Assembly (NCBI GenBank): GCA_009103225.1
Contig: RHPI01001559.1
Span: 128,274 to 192,273, forward strand
From: Chlorokybus atmophyticus
Lineage: Eukaryota > Plantae > Mesostigma and Chlorokybus algae
DNA: 64,000 nt
Reading direction: 5' to 3'
The notes under the pieces are model-generated. The model had not been told where the DNA came from. It did no database searches and saw nothing but the letters and a program-made list of their open reading frames with translations. Positions 1 to 15,829 of the stretch are shown one piece after another; the stretch's first letter is position 1; each line of letters starts with the position of its first letter. A program made the position numbers and the translations under genes.

Positions 1-657
1 TGAGTAACGACGGCCTCATACCAAGCTTAGGGGGCTACACAGTTTGATTTCCCTTACCACTCTCTCCCTGCACTTACTACTACATCACCACAAGTACCGC
101 AGCCCTTAGGCTCCTTCACTTCACCCCTCAAGCTGTACCGCAGCACCACTTGCTCTGCGCATTTATACCCCACACAGTATGTTCTCCCTTTGAGACATAC
201 CCTGCAGTTGACTTACCTACACGACATACTACATATGTAACACCAATTGCATGTCACAGGCCTGGATCACGTAACATTAGTGAGCTTATCATTGAAACAA
301 CAAGATAACACACGGACCGCGTGTACATCTTGGTAAACTTGGTTGCAATGGTAGGTCACACGGTGTGACGTACCATTACGACAAAGTCTTAAATAATAAT
401 GATGGTGTCAATTGCGCGCGGGGTAACCCCGTCAGGGTTGCAAATATCGCAATACTTGAAGTAGTACTTATTCAAAAAGACCAATCAATGTATCATGCAT
501 GACGCTGCATTATGCAGCCTGCACATTCAATGCCAACAAGGTTGGAACAGCAATCCCATTGATAGGTGGGTCATTGCACTACAGGCAATGACCGCCAACC
601 TTGGCATCATCCACACTGCACGCGCAATGCAAGCACCACATGGCAATTATGCTATTG

Positions 658-3459
<2,802 letters not shown>

Positions 3460-3883
3460 GGTTGCAATACTCTGCGTGCCTTATAGTGCCTACTCCGTGC
3501 CTTGTAGTGCAACGAGCCAACGAGTGCTTAACAGCAGGTTGAGAGCGCCTATCCGACCGGCCAAGCTTGTGCAAAGCAGTAATGTTCCTGTGCAAGCAGC
3601 AATTACAGCATGAACAACGCTGCAGCCGGCTGTGCAGTGCAGTGTCTTGCCCAATGCGGTGGCGTGCCCAATGCGGCCAAGTCAAGTGCATGTCACTTCC
3701 CAACCCAGCATGCTACTAAACACGCACACTTTTATAGGTCAGCATGCAGGCCTTTTAGACGTTCATCTCACCAGGAAAGACGCAATCCCCATGACCTCAC
3801 TGCTCCGGACGCCAACGCCAATGACGACGCCAACGACGCCGTCGCTACTGTCGCCCCCAGCAAGCATTAGGTTGGACCTACCC

Positions 3884-3892
3884 AAACCCTAA
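3884..3892. promoter_or_regulatory. Telobox (AAACCCTAA) in the 5' region of the U2AF65-like gene
   Basis: Exact AAACCCTAA about 430 bp upstream of the ATG. Teloboxes are known in 5' regions of plant RNA-processing and translation genes; function here is inferred. Confidence 0.45.
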
Positions 3893-5070
3893 CGCATGAT
3901 AGTAGCCGGCTCCGCTGACCCGTTTCGACAGGCGGCGGCGGCATCAGCCGAACCGGGTTGACTTGAACTTGAGCTCCAAGTAACCAACTTGGGTACTTAA
4001 AGGCACCTAATGTACTGTTTTTCAAATTTTAAGCATACCGACGAATATGTGGCGCGCCGTCATTTTGAAGCCGTCAAACGGTCAACACTGGACCTGTGCT
4101 GCCAACGACTCTGGCGCGCTGGAGTTTACGCAAGGCATTTTGCGACGATCTGTCAGTTTGTCCGAGATCGTCATTTTGTCGGCTTCGATAACGCTCTCAG
4201 TCGTGGCGCACCACCCCACCCCCGCGCAAGGCTACACTTGGGCACTGTGGTCGCAAACTTTTGTTGCATGACGCGCCTGTCAGCGAACTGACACTCAGTT
4301 ACGAGCCCTCCCGTCGCCAACGTCTGCAACGCGTTATCACTAACCAAGTACACGCAAATGCACGGCTACGGACCAACAATTTCCGCAGACCATCGGCGGT
4401 TAGGATTTCGGTCAAGTCCGCCGAGCCGAGTACGTAACACAATGAAAATCGCTTCGATGCCGTATCGGAGATACGTACTGTCGATACGCGCAACGTGTGT
4501 CTCTGCCGGCGTGAATGGACCGGTGTCGCGCGCTGCGCTTGCCTGGGAAATGCCTTGCTCGGGCAGCGGGCTTGCTGAGGTCAGCGCACGGCCAACACAC
4601 ACAAACGCTGGAAAAGCTTTGTATTGAGATATTGACAGCAGCACGTTGGGCAGTTTGTACTGAGCAGTGGAGCAGCGGCGGCGGCGGCTGTGTTGGAGGG
4701 GAGTGGCGTGTGCGTGTCCGCCGCCGGGGCGGCATCGACGGGTTGGCTCGGGCCGGGCATACATCCGGGTAGGTAGCTGAACGTGCAGCATGCCGCCGTT
4801 GAGTATGCTCACGGCAGCATGCTGCGCCGTGTGCTTCTGGTTTGGTCTGGTCTGGTCTGGTCTTGAACTGTCCGGTCTGGTGGGTTCTTGAGCCTGAATG
4901 CATGTGGTGGTGGGCATTGTATGAAAATGTTACCAGTGTGAAGAGGCAAAGGCGGATTGCTTAGCTCGCATTGCGCAGGGGCTTAACAGGGGCGGGCGGT
5001 GGCATCGGCGCAGTGGCTCATCACGGGGTTGTGCGTACCTTGCTGAGGACGCAATAAGCGCAGCAGCAAG

Positions 5071-8000
5071 ATGACGAGTGCGTCGGATCTTATCGCCATT
5101 CTCATACCCAACGGCGTCCTCGCCGTGGTAGCGCTGCTGGTATGGATGCTGTTCAAGAGGAGTGACGCCTGGTACAGAGTGTACTACCCCAATGTGGCAT
5201 TGAATGGTGGCAAAGCGCCGGACTCACAGCTTCAGCGCATGTCTCCCATCGCATGGGTGAAGCGGTGAGAGCATCTGCTGCACTTCTGAGCTGTTGCAGC
5301 TTGAGCATAGCATGGATTTCGCGGTTGTTGGCTGGCATCATATCAACTGCATGGCTTGCTCACCTAATATGAGAGTACTGGTCAGTTGCACTGGTTGAGC
5401 TTGCGTAACTCAGTGCAGTTGACCATGCTGAGAGAATCGCTCTGCACAATGTGGCTGTCAATAGCAGCTAGTCTTTGCGCAACGTATTATTTTATCCCAA
5501 GCTGTGAAGTGTGCACTTGCATACCAGCTGTATGCCTGAAAGATACTGGCTCTTGAGCATGCTGTATTCTTGTGCAAGTCGATGATTTAGTGTGCTGAGA
5601 TCTGATGCATCAACAGGATGATTAGCACGACCGATGATGAGATTGAGAGGATGAGTGGTCTGGATGGCGTGGCGTTCACGCGCCTGTTCTCGTGGGGAAT
5701 CCAGTTCTTCAGCGGTGCATTGATTGCGTGCTGCGTCCTTCTCATACCCATCAACGCCACCGGCGGTGGAATCACGCAGCTCAAGGCAACAACGCATGCA
5801 AAGCAAGCTGCAGATTGCGCAGCAGTAAGCATTGCAGCTTGATCACAAAGTTTCACTTGCTGCTCTGCATCGCAAACAGGCTCTGAAGCTGCGTGCCAAT
5901 TTGCGTTGCTTTTCAGTCAGGAGAGGTCCCATGCCAATTCAAGCCACTCGTGGCGGGTGGGTTCGACTACGCGAGCATGACCAACATCAAGTCGGGGAGC
6001 CCGAGGCTGTGGGCGCACTGGATCGTGGTGTGGAGTTTGTCCTTCTGGGTGTACTGGTTGCTGCTGAAGTATTACAAGTTGTACAAGTCGGACTGCACGC
6101 GCCACTTCGCCAAGTCCGATGCTAATGCAGCGCCGTACTCCATCTATGTGAGCGACGCCCCGCGCCCCCCACAGGGCATGAACGCCTCCGACTATGTGCG
6201 CGCCTTCTTCACGCGCATGTACCCGCACTCCTTCCGCACCTCCATGGCTGTCAAGGAGTACAAGAAGGCTGAGAAGATCGCCACCGAGCTCAACAAGTTC
6301 CAGAGCAAGCTTGAGCATGCTGAATGGGTGCTTGAGAAGAACCAGTCGGAGGTGAGAGAAGTCAGACGTTGAACTCTTTGCAGCACAGATTAGAGAGTAA
6401 CGACATGCATGGCCAGGTGGATTACAACATGGCTCACACAACTCTTGCGCATTGCAGAATAAGGTGACCAAGGACGGGTCACCTCTCCGTCCAACGACCA
6501 AGACGGGTTTGCTTGGGTTGTTTGGCGAGAAGGTGGATGCTGTGACATACTTCAGGGAGAAGGTGACCGAGCTGAAGCCTGCATTGCTGACCGAGCAGGA
6601 AGAGACGCTCTCTCGCGACACACCCGCCGCAATTGTCAGCTTCAAGTCGCGTGCTTCTGCTGCAGTTGCTTCCCAGGTACGGCTGGCATCTGTTTGTGTA
6701 TTAATCATGAAGGTCCTGTTTTAGCATCATTGTGCTGATGTGGAGATGACATGTGCAGACCCTCCACTATGGGGACTCCGAGTATTGGATTGTGGGCCCT
6801 GCTCCTGAGCCAAGGGACATCTACTGGCCTAACCTGGCACTGCGCATGAAGGAGCGCAGCACTCGCAAGCTCACTGTCACCATCATCACATTCCTCATGG
6901 TGAGACACCGCATGAGTGCACGTGTATGCGTGCAGTTTTGTGGTGGGTGCATGCACATGCGTCTGCATGTGAGCGAGTCTGCACTCTCTGCTGATCAGCA
7001 TAGCCAATTAGTGAGTGTTGAGGTTAATCAATGCAGACTTGACCGGCGCTTTGATTATTTGTGATAATGCGTGCAGGTGGTGTTCTACATGGTCCCCATC
7101 ACCTTGATCTCCGCTCTGAGCACGCTCGAGAACCTGGAAAAGCTCGCACCCTTCCTCAAGTTCATCACCAAGATGCCTGCGCTGAGGGCGTTCTTGCAGG
7201 GTCTGCTTCCGACGCTGGCTTTGATCATCTTCATGGCGCTGCTCCCGGCACTGTGCCGCTTCTTGACTCAGTGCGAGGGCGTGTTTGCGCTGTCCCGCAT
7301 CGATCGCGGTGGCACCTCCAAGCTGTTCACCTTCTTCCTGGTCAACAGCTGGTTTGGCTACACCGTCAGCGGCAGCATCTTCAGCAACCTCAAGCAGATG
7401 ATCAACAAGCCCGGCGACATCCCCAATTTCCTTGCATCCTCCATCCCGCAGACAGCCACCTTCTTCATGGGCTTTATCCTCCTCAAGGCCCTCGGCGTCC
7501 TCCCGCTCGAGCTCTCGCGCCTCATCCCTCTCATCATCTACTGGATCAAGAAGAAGTTCCTTGCCAAGACCGACCGCGAGATTGCTGCTGTGGGCCTCCC
7601 TCCCCCCAGTCCTTACCTCAACTTTGTGGGCAACTACTGCTTCTTCCTGCTCATTGGCATCGTCTACATGGTCATCCAGCCTCTCATGGTGCTGTTCATC
7701 CTGCTCCTGCTTGGTATTGGCCTCCTGGTCATGCGCAATCAGGTACCTGAGCAGCCAGATTGCGCTTCCAGTGCAATATGCTTGCACAACTGCTTGTCTG
7801 GCAGCTAACAGCACTTCTGGTTTTGCAGTTCCTGTACGTCTATGCGCCTCAGTATGACTCTGCGGGCAAGCTGTGGCCGCTCATTCACAAGCGGATCCTG
7901 CTCAGCCTTGCCATCTTCCAAATCCTAATGATCGGTCTCTTTGGTCTGAAGAAGGGTGCTACTGGCGCTGTTGGCGCCATTCTCATGATCCCTCTGCCTT

Positions 8001-8441
8001 TCATAACGTAAGTACATGTCACATAGCGTACTCTTTACCGTACAGATGTGTGTTTGCACGCACATAGACATGCATGCTCCTGTCTGTGTGCGCGCGCATG
8101 TGCGAGCATGTTTGTGTATGCTCGCAAATTGTGCGTGTTTGTGCTTCCTTTTCACTTGGGTACGTCCTTTCAGGTACTCCTTCTATCGCTATTGTGAGAC
8201 CAAGTGGAGGCGCGTGACGGAGATCCTGCCTCTGGACGAAGCGATGAATCTGGACGGCCTCGGCAAGGGCGCCACCGATGCTCCTGACCTCAAGTTCCTC
8301 GACACCGCGTACCAGCCACCCTTCATGAAGAACCCTGACTTGTACCTTTCTGAAGTCGCTCCCGGCGGCATGAAGAAGCCCCTTGATGTGGGCCGCAACG
8401 ACTTGGCGGCTGCGGCCTTCACCGGCATGTCCGCGGTTTAA
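5071..8441 (+). CDS. OSCA/ERD4 (CSC1-like, TMEM63 family) calcium-permeable stress-gated channel, about 8 exons
   Basis: N-terminal TM 'LIPNGVLAVVALLVWMLF..RVYYP'; 'GLDGVAFTRLF'; 'PTTKTGLLGLFGEKVDAV'; 'WIVGPAPEPRDIYWPNL'; 'FFLVNSWFG'; 'YVYAPQYDSAGKLWPLIHKR'; stop TAA at 8439-8441. Confidence 0.93.
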
Positions 8442-9415
8442 TAAGGCTTAGCTGATGAAGGCGTCCTGCCTTCGTAGCGCTAGCGCTAGTCGTGTACATG
8501 GTTTGATGTGCCTGAAGCAGACAATTTGAACTCTGCGCGGCTGTCATGCAGCAGAGGTGCAGAGTTGGTAGGTTGGTTTTGCGCGCTCCAGGTTAGAGGT
8601 TACCTGGCGCTGTACATTTTTTTTCGCTATTGGTGTGTTGGCAATAATTTGCAGAGAGATATCCTGTTCTAAATGACGTTGTAGTCGGATACTTCTGCTG
8701 TTTGTAGTCACTGCGCTTACTGAGATATATAGCATAACCATGGCTGATGAGTACTGAACAGTTTGCTGCTTTTCGTGCTTGCCAAAGTCTGAGCAGTGGT
8801 TTGCACAAAGAAAGTCGGTCAATTCTCGTTTAGCAACATCTGTGCTGCATCGTTTATCAGCATCAGCAAATCTACTGCACCAGCGGATTATCGATGTGGA
8901 TACAGATTACTCCAGAACAGCAGCTTGATTACTCATTGACGCATGTTCCAAAATAAGCATGGTGAGCATCCCGCAGAGCGCGTACTCAGTCATAACACAG
9001 ATTTGCCTGCACATAACGTTAAGACTGGTTGTAAGTGACTTGCGCGGCAAACCTCTGAGAGTATCTGAGCTGATCAAGCCATTGCCCTTCTCCCCGTGCC
9101 CAACGCCCAACATCGTACACCAAGAAGTGCACATGACACGGTTAAATTTGATGTGTAAAGCGTGTGTATGCTTGTGCTGATGCATGCCATTCGCATTGTC
9201 CACGCCATGCATGCTGCCACCGTACCATACCCTTATATACACATAGATAGGCCTCTAGTACCAAAAAGACTTTACTTTTGATTGTGCCATTGCTGAAATT
9301 CGATTGGTGAGAGCGTGAGTGTGTGCATGATAGAAGCATGAGTAGTTGACATGCATGGCACAGCTTACTGGGTAAATGTGCAAAGCGCGAGACATGGAAA
9401 TCGTGCATGTGCCTG

Positions 9416-12128
9416 TCATTGCTCGGTACTCCTCCTGCCACCTGAAGCACACAAAAAGACGACAATTATATGAGGGAGGTAGGCTGCAGGCAGAGGTGGG
9501 TTATCTACCGTGTCAACCACAACCCCGCATGAGATGGCGGAAACAAAATCAACACCACACCTGCCAATGTTGGAGGGTCAGCAAGGAAGTCGCCGTCATC
9601 CTCAGCGCCGACGACTCGTCGCTGTGCCTTGCCATTTGCGCCGTTTGGCACTGGCATCCTGCGCGCGTCCATCTCCTCAGCTTCCTCCTCATCCACATTC
9701 CCACGTCGTGCCCACAGCATGTTGGGTTCTTGACTTGTGTTCCTCTGCACTGCGACATCGCTGCTTGCAGGATCCATGCCGGTATCGTCATCTTTCCTCC
9801 GCCACAGCACGCTCGAATTGGATGGGGCAACGGCTGTTGTGTCCAACATCGCGGGTGCCTGGCGGCGCCTCCGCACTGTACTCAACTGTGGTGACCCCAC
9901 GCCTTCAACCTGCAAATGTACCCAACGTGTGGCACAACAAGGACATGCAAATATAAGAGGAACAATGTCAACACCGGCTGACAATGCACCCTTGTTGTGC
10001 GTGCACGTGCGCCTCGATCCGCATTGCAGTACACGCATGTGCGCACGAGGACGCATATACTGTGGTCATGTGCATGGAGCATGCACATCACCACATACAT
10101 ATGCCACAACTCACATGTTCACGCACATCGCACAGGACAAGTTGACACTCAACGCACGCACGCACCAACACTACACAGATGCATAGAGTACCTCAGCGCT
10201 TCCTGCAGTCGATGGCGTGTAGATGGAAGAACCCGCGGCACTTCTCTCCGAGTTAGACGACCGCGCCTGACTCAACAATCGTTCTTCTTCCACTTCCTCC
10301 TCTTCCTCTTCCTCCTCCTCATCAACTGATTGGTTGATGCGCTCGCTGTTACGCCTGAACCAGAAAGTGAACGCCGCAATGCCGCCCGCCACGGCCGCCG
10401 ACAGCGCAGCCAGCTGGCCAATCATCATCGGCATCGCAGGTATCTGCATCCTGCTGAGAGCGCCAAACAGTTTGCTACTTGCGCTGGTCAGCGCGCCTTG
10501 CAGGGAAAACTGATCTGTGGTTGTGTCATCGCCAGAAGGAGACATCACTCTGTCGGCTTTAGGTCGAGTATCTGTACAACGTTGAGGAGTTTGAACAATG
10601 TTGGAAGAACAACAACAAGAAAACAAAACAAAAGATGTCTGTTGGCATGAAAGTGTGCTGTTTGTAACGATATTCAAGCAACAGACACATAAGCACGTGT
10701 GCAAAGGTTGCTACTTATGAATACCAACAGTCACTACAACAAATCCTGCTTGCTATGAGGTAAACCCACAAGTGCCTTGCGTAAGGAACATCAAGTCACA
10801 GGTATATACAGGCAGACATTCCCACATTGCCCATGCAAACAAAACAATAGGAGACAAGCCTGCTGAGACTCGCACCTTCACTAATGAACTTCCTTTCAGC
10901 TTCGATACCGCGACCACTGAATAATGCCGTGTCCGTGGGCGTTTCATCATCGCCAGCTGGCAAGCTGCGCTGTCCCGCTTGCCTCCGCAGCTGCTGCTCA
11001 CGGTTTAGTTTGTAGTAGTCATCCCTGTTGACTGCCTTCCCAGGAGAAAGGGCAGCAGATGCAGCATCGGTTGGCGATGAGGATGATGATGTTGTTGCTG
11101 TCTCAACCCTGGCAGCTGCCTGCATGCGCTCCAGAAGAGATAGCAGCTCGTCTGTGCTCATGCCTTTAACCCTGACAGACACACACGCGCCCACATCGCA
11201 GCTGTCAGTGAAGAAGGCTCCCGCACACAAACACAAGCCTGTTTAGCTATGGTTCCTGGCGCATGTGCACGGATCACAATAACAAGCTAACCAAGCATGT
11301 ATGTGGATGGTTTGGTTGCTGTAGCAAATGTTACCTTGTGGACAGCTCTTTGATAACCAATTCCTCAACGGCCGCCGCCGCATTGGCATTTGACGCGTAG
11401 GTCGCATCTGCGAGCACTCTGCAATGCACAAGTTGTGAGCTGCGACTCTTTTGATAGCTTTTGTGTGCAAGTGCTTGTCTCTTCAAGTTGACCTTCGTAA
11501 TGCTGTATAGTGACTGATGTGACGGACAGGCTCATGGTTATTGCTGGCTGTGTACGTATTCACATGCTGGTTTGCAAGCAAGCAAAGAGGGCAGGGAGCA
11601 ACTTGTGGTTGACTGCAGCCTGCATTGTCAGCAAACAACAGCTGCAGCACAACAACAGGCAGACAGCTCTAACAAAGCATGGCATGCAGGTGAACAGAAA
11701 ACAGGCAGATTGGAAAGGCCTAAATTAGGCAAGCTACAGATAATCACGCAAGCCTGCCTGTGTGGAAACAGCGTGGCGCCGGCGACCAGCAACGCAGCCG
11801 CAGCTGCTGCGGCGCTCCGCTTTCCTTTAACAGCTGGCGATTCGGCAGCATCAACAGCTTTGTGTGAATCATGGCTGCAGCTGCAGCAAGCAGACAACCA
11901 CAGCTGCTGCTGCTGCTGCTGCTGCTTCTTGCTTTGCGGCCCCTTACGCCGCTCAAGCTCCGGGTTCAGCACCAGCAGCAGCGTCTTCTGCTTGCTGCTG
12001 CTGCTGCTGCTGCTACTGGCCGCCGACGCAGAGGCGGTGTAGCTGCTCCGTCTCCTCTCCGCCGCCGCCGCCACCCCCACCCCCACCCCCACCCCTACCG
12101 CCCCCGCCGCCGCCGCCGCCGCCGCCAT
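9416..12128 (-). CDS. Hypothetical protein with plastid-transit-like N-terminus, thylakoid-signal-like segment and one hydrophobic TM followed by an acidic tract
   Basis: Ala/Ser-rich N-terminus; 'SAAAAAAALLVAGATLFPHRVLADA'; exons join in phase (12128-11758, 11418-11335, about 11170-11000, 10990-10860, 10500-10190, 9900-9560, 9441-9416); TM 'LAALSAAVAGGIAAFTFWF' then poly-Glu. No family recognised. Confidence 0.6.
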
Positions 12129-12172
12129 GCTGAGCGAAGAGCAGTGAGCTTAGCGGTAAGCACACCTGCGCT

Positions 12173-15127
12173 ATGCTCATGCTTGTGCCTGTGGCCATGG
12201 CGGCGGTGGTAGTGGCGGCGGGCGAGGCGGTGAGGGTTGGGGCAGAGGCGCGGAGATGGTCGGGCGAGGGATGTCGTGGAGGACAGCTGCAACGACCACG
12301 ACAATGTCGTCGTGGGCGAGCCGCAGCGGGTGTGACGGTCAGGTGCGACGTCCGGGGCAGCATCCTCGTCACGGGCGGCGCTGGCTTCATCGGCAGCCAT
12401 GTAAGCATAACCAAAGGCAGGCAGCTGCCTTTCGCAAGACTTGTAAAGCAACAATGCATGCATACATTGCAAACGTAAAGGCTCCGCCAAGTTAGAGTGT
12501 TGCTACGTTGAGACAACGCTACCTACTGTTGTTCTCGTGCATGTGCATGTGCGGATGCGTGTTGAGTCAACTACATCCAGAAGTGTTGTACATGCATACA
12601 CTCAGCAGCAATGCACCTTACCAGTGTATATGGGTTTTGTTGTCTGCGTTGGAGGGGGTTCGCTCACTCTGACGCAGCATCGACAGTAACGCATGCAACT
12701 GCCAAGTTCGTGTTTGTCGTTATGTAACAACAAACACAAACTCAGCAACATATACACCAAACTCCTTATATTTCCAACTTTTGGCATTGCCCCATTGTTA
12801 GGTTGCAGAGGCGCTGGCGCTGAGAGGCGAATCAGTTGTGGCAGTGGACAGCTTTGTCGATAGCTACAGCCTCGAGCTCAAGCGCGCGAACGTAGAGTTG
12901 CTGAGAAAACAGGGAGTGCGCTTCATTCAAGCGGACATATGTAAGCATGCTGCTGCTTTCACATGCAGCTCAGTGCAGGGCCTACATGCACACGCACACA
13001 TGCGCGCACGCATGGCCTTCTGCAATGCCAGCATGTCTGCTGAAGGCGCGTGCTCTGCTCATGGCATGGAGCTGAGCTGAAGTAACAATCTCCAATATCA
13101 AAACCAAGCAGCCCCACATCTGAAACCATGTGAATTGCTGCATACAGAACATGATGCATCGCAGACACAAGCTACTGCACGTTCATGGTCTCCATGTGGT
13201 CAAACTCATCTCTTTGGTGTGGGACTCACGATGTCATGCAGCTTGTTGGTGCAATCCGCACATGCATGCACCCCACACTAGGCACGCAACGGCACAATAC
13301 TTGCAACAGTACAGCACACATGGCATGCCTGTTTGCAGGTGACAGGGATGCTATGAGAGCTGTGGTTGAAGAGAACAAAGTCTCACGTGTGTGCCACATG
13401 GCGGCGAGGGCGGGCGTGAGGGCATCTCTTGTCGACCCCGCAGCGTATGTCCGCGCCAACATCGAGGGCACTGCCGTCCTCCTTGACGTTGCCCGCAACT
13501 GCGACAACGTGGTTGTGGCCTCCAGCAGCAGCGTGTACGGAAATCACAGCGCCGATAGGCCGTCCGTGGAGCCCGACGCTGACACAGCGGTCCAGGTATG
13601 TGCGTGTGCGTGCGCGTGGGCGTTCGTGCTCGAATGCGTGCTTGTTGAGTGCACCTGCATGTCGTTGAACGCTATGCAAGTGCTTATCACATTGTGGCAT
13701 GCATGACTACGTACTGTGTTAGTGTCATCGCGTCTGTGTTGCCATGGTAGCAACATGACAATGACAGGAGCATACGTGACTGGCCTACAGCATGTGCATG
13801 ACGTCGTTGGCAAGCACAGTTGGGTATGCAATGGTTGAAACAATACTTGCGCTTGTGCCTGTCCGCTGTGATATGAGACTGTTGCAGTGATGCGTGCAGG
13901 CGAGTCCGTATGCCGCATCGAAGCGCGCCATGGAGGTCATGGCGGCGGCAGTCCACAACGTGTGGTCATTGCCCATCTCAGTGAGCTACATGTTCTCTAT
14001 GCTACATGCTTCAGCTCGTTGACACACGTTCACGTTGTTCTTATAGTATTCAAAGGAATCGTTCGTGTCCCCTGCAGGTGCTGAGGTTCTTCACTGTCTA
14101 CGGGCCGCGAGGCCGTCCGGACATGGCGCCTTACATATTCATGGACAAGATATCAAGAGGACAAATGATATACCGGTTCGGGGATGGCACAAGCTCCAGG
14201 GATTACACGTAAGCGTTGCGTGCATACACAAGTTGACTCACATGTGGTGGAATGATCATAGCACCTGCGTGTCGACATGAGGGACACGCACATGCATGTG
14301 CGTGACCCTCATGTCGACACGCACAGCCGGGGCACTGCAGGTATGTTGGTGATGTAGTGGCTGGCGTGTTGGCAGCTCTGGACAAGCCTTTGGGTTATGA
14401 GGTACGACTCATACACATACAGTGTCATGTCAAGTTGGTAAACAATTGCCTGTTTGTGTTGTCCATATTATCCTGTTGTTGTCTTCAACAGGCATTCAAT
14501 ATCGGGGCACACAGCCCAGTGACTCTTTCTGAATTTATTGAGGCTGTTGAAGCTGCTGTGGGCCAGAAGGCTGACATCTTGCAGAAGCCGCCGCAAGTGG
14601 GTGATGTGATTGCCACTTGGGCTGACATCACCAAAGCAAACGCCCTGCTTGGTTACTTGCCAAAGGTATGGTTTTTCAATGACTGTTCCTCAGTTGTGTA
14701 AGCGTGCGTGATGTGCGCATGCATGCACAACAGAGCTGCGCGCAGTTGTCGTTATAACTATGTTTGCAACTCACCAATCGCTGCTTTGCATCTTAGCATG
14801 ATGTTGTTTGATATTAATCACACCACCTCCAAGCTGCACTGCAAACAACTCAGATTGACCTTCATTGGCTCCTCACGGTTGTGCGTGTGAAGAGTGTTTG
14901 TGTTGAACTTTCTCTTGGCTCGCTTTGCTTGCTTGACGTGTCTGTGGTAAGTTGACTAGCCAGTAGTAGTGTGGTAAGTTGAGTAGTACTAATAGCCAGT
15001 AGTAGGTTGAGTAGCCACAATGACTTGGGTTGATGCTGCGCAGGTCAACCTTAAGCAGGGACTGCAAGCAACGGCTGAGTGGTACAAGAGCTCACAACTG
15101 GTGCATGCAAAGTCGGCAGTGCGATGA
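12173..15127 (+). CDS. NAD-dependent epimerase, UDP-glucuronate 4-epimerase (GAE/CapI-like), with transit-peptide-like N-terminus; start could be 12173, 12179 or 12197
   Basis: GxxGxxG '[13 protein letters not shown]'; '[11 protein letters not shown]'; 'ASSSSVYG'; catalytic 'PYAASK'; '[20 protein letters not shown]'; '[12 protein letters not shown]'; '[13 protein letters not shown]'; stop TGA at 15125-15127. Confidence 0.9.
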
Positions 15128-15829
15128 CATACCTCCCTGAGGTGTGTTGCCTTGCGTCTGACTTCTGCCCATCTGGTGCATGGCAAGTTGCATCAGAGTC
15201 TGCAGTTAATTCTGCAAGAAGGGGCTTTGCCCTTCCTTTTTGAGATGTACCCTGTGTAACGTGCAGCGCATTGATGGGGAGCCCACTGATAAACAAGCTG
15301 CATGAGCCAGAGCTGACGTCTTTTCAAATTGGACATGTGTCCAACCACTCAGCAATAGCAACAAGTGGTGTCATGGCTCTTCTTGGAGGATGCAAGCCTG
15401 CGCTTGATTGGCATAGCCAAATCAGATGACACTGATACATGCGTCACATGAACTTCGATGAAGTTCGATGGTTGCGCATGGTCTTAAACAAACCATTGTC
15501 TTGCTTAAACGGATGCTTGTCTCACATGGTTGCGTTTGTGACAACCCAACCACTACAAATGCAAACAGTCAGATTGAGAGTAGATGTATAAGCAAAGGCT
15601 TAGTGGTATATTAACCGTTGATAATGGTGCGACACCAATAATATATCAACATATCATACTTGTAAACATCTTTGCGCGTGCGCAGAGGGCGGGGGGNGCA
15701 CGCGGGGGGGCATGCTTTCTTGTATGGCATCGCATTGGAAATACATGTGTCGTGAGAAAAAACCTGAGTTGTTGGGTTAATGTGATTCTCTCAGTCCTGT
15801 GTCGTGTAAATACGTCAATCAATGTATGT

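Noticed and set aside
1-242. Possible LTR on the minus strand starting TGTTACA with a TATA-like motif
   Set aside because: No PPT or PBS, no second copy in the window, and truncated by the window edge.
4010-4917. ORFs between U2AF65 and OSCA
   Set aside because: No recognisable motifs; better explained as promoter, 5' UTR and intron sequence of the divergent pair.
5917-7814. Long minus-strand ORFs (263 aa and 268 aa)
   Set aside because: Antisense shadows of GC-biased OSCA exons; no independent motifs.
15690-15712. G-rich tract at the PLE 5' side as a terminal structure
   Set aside because: It contains an N (15697), so the true PLE 5' end and any pseudo-LTR cannot be assessed.
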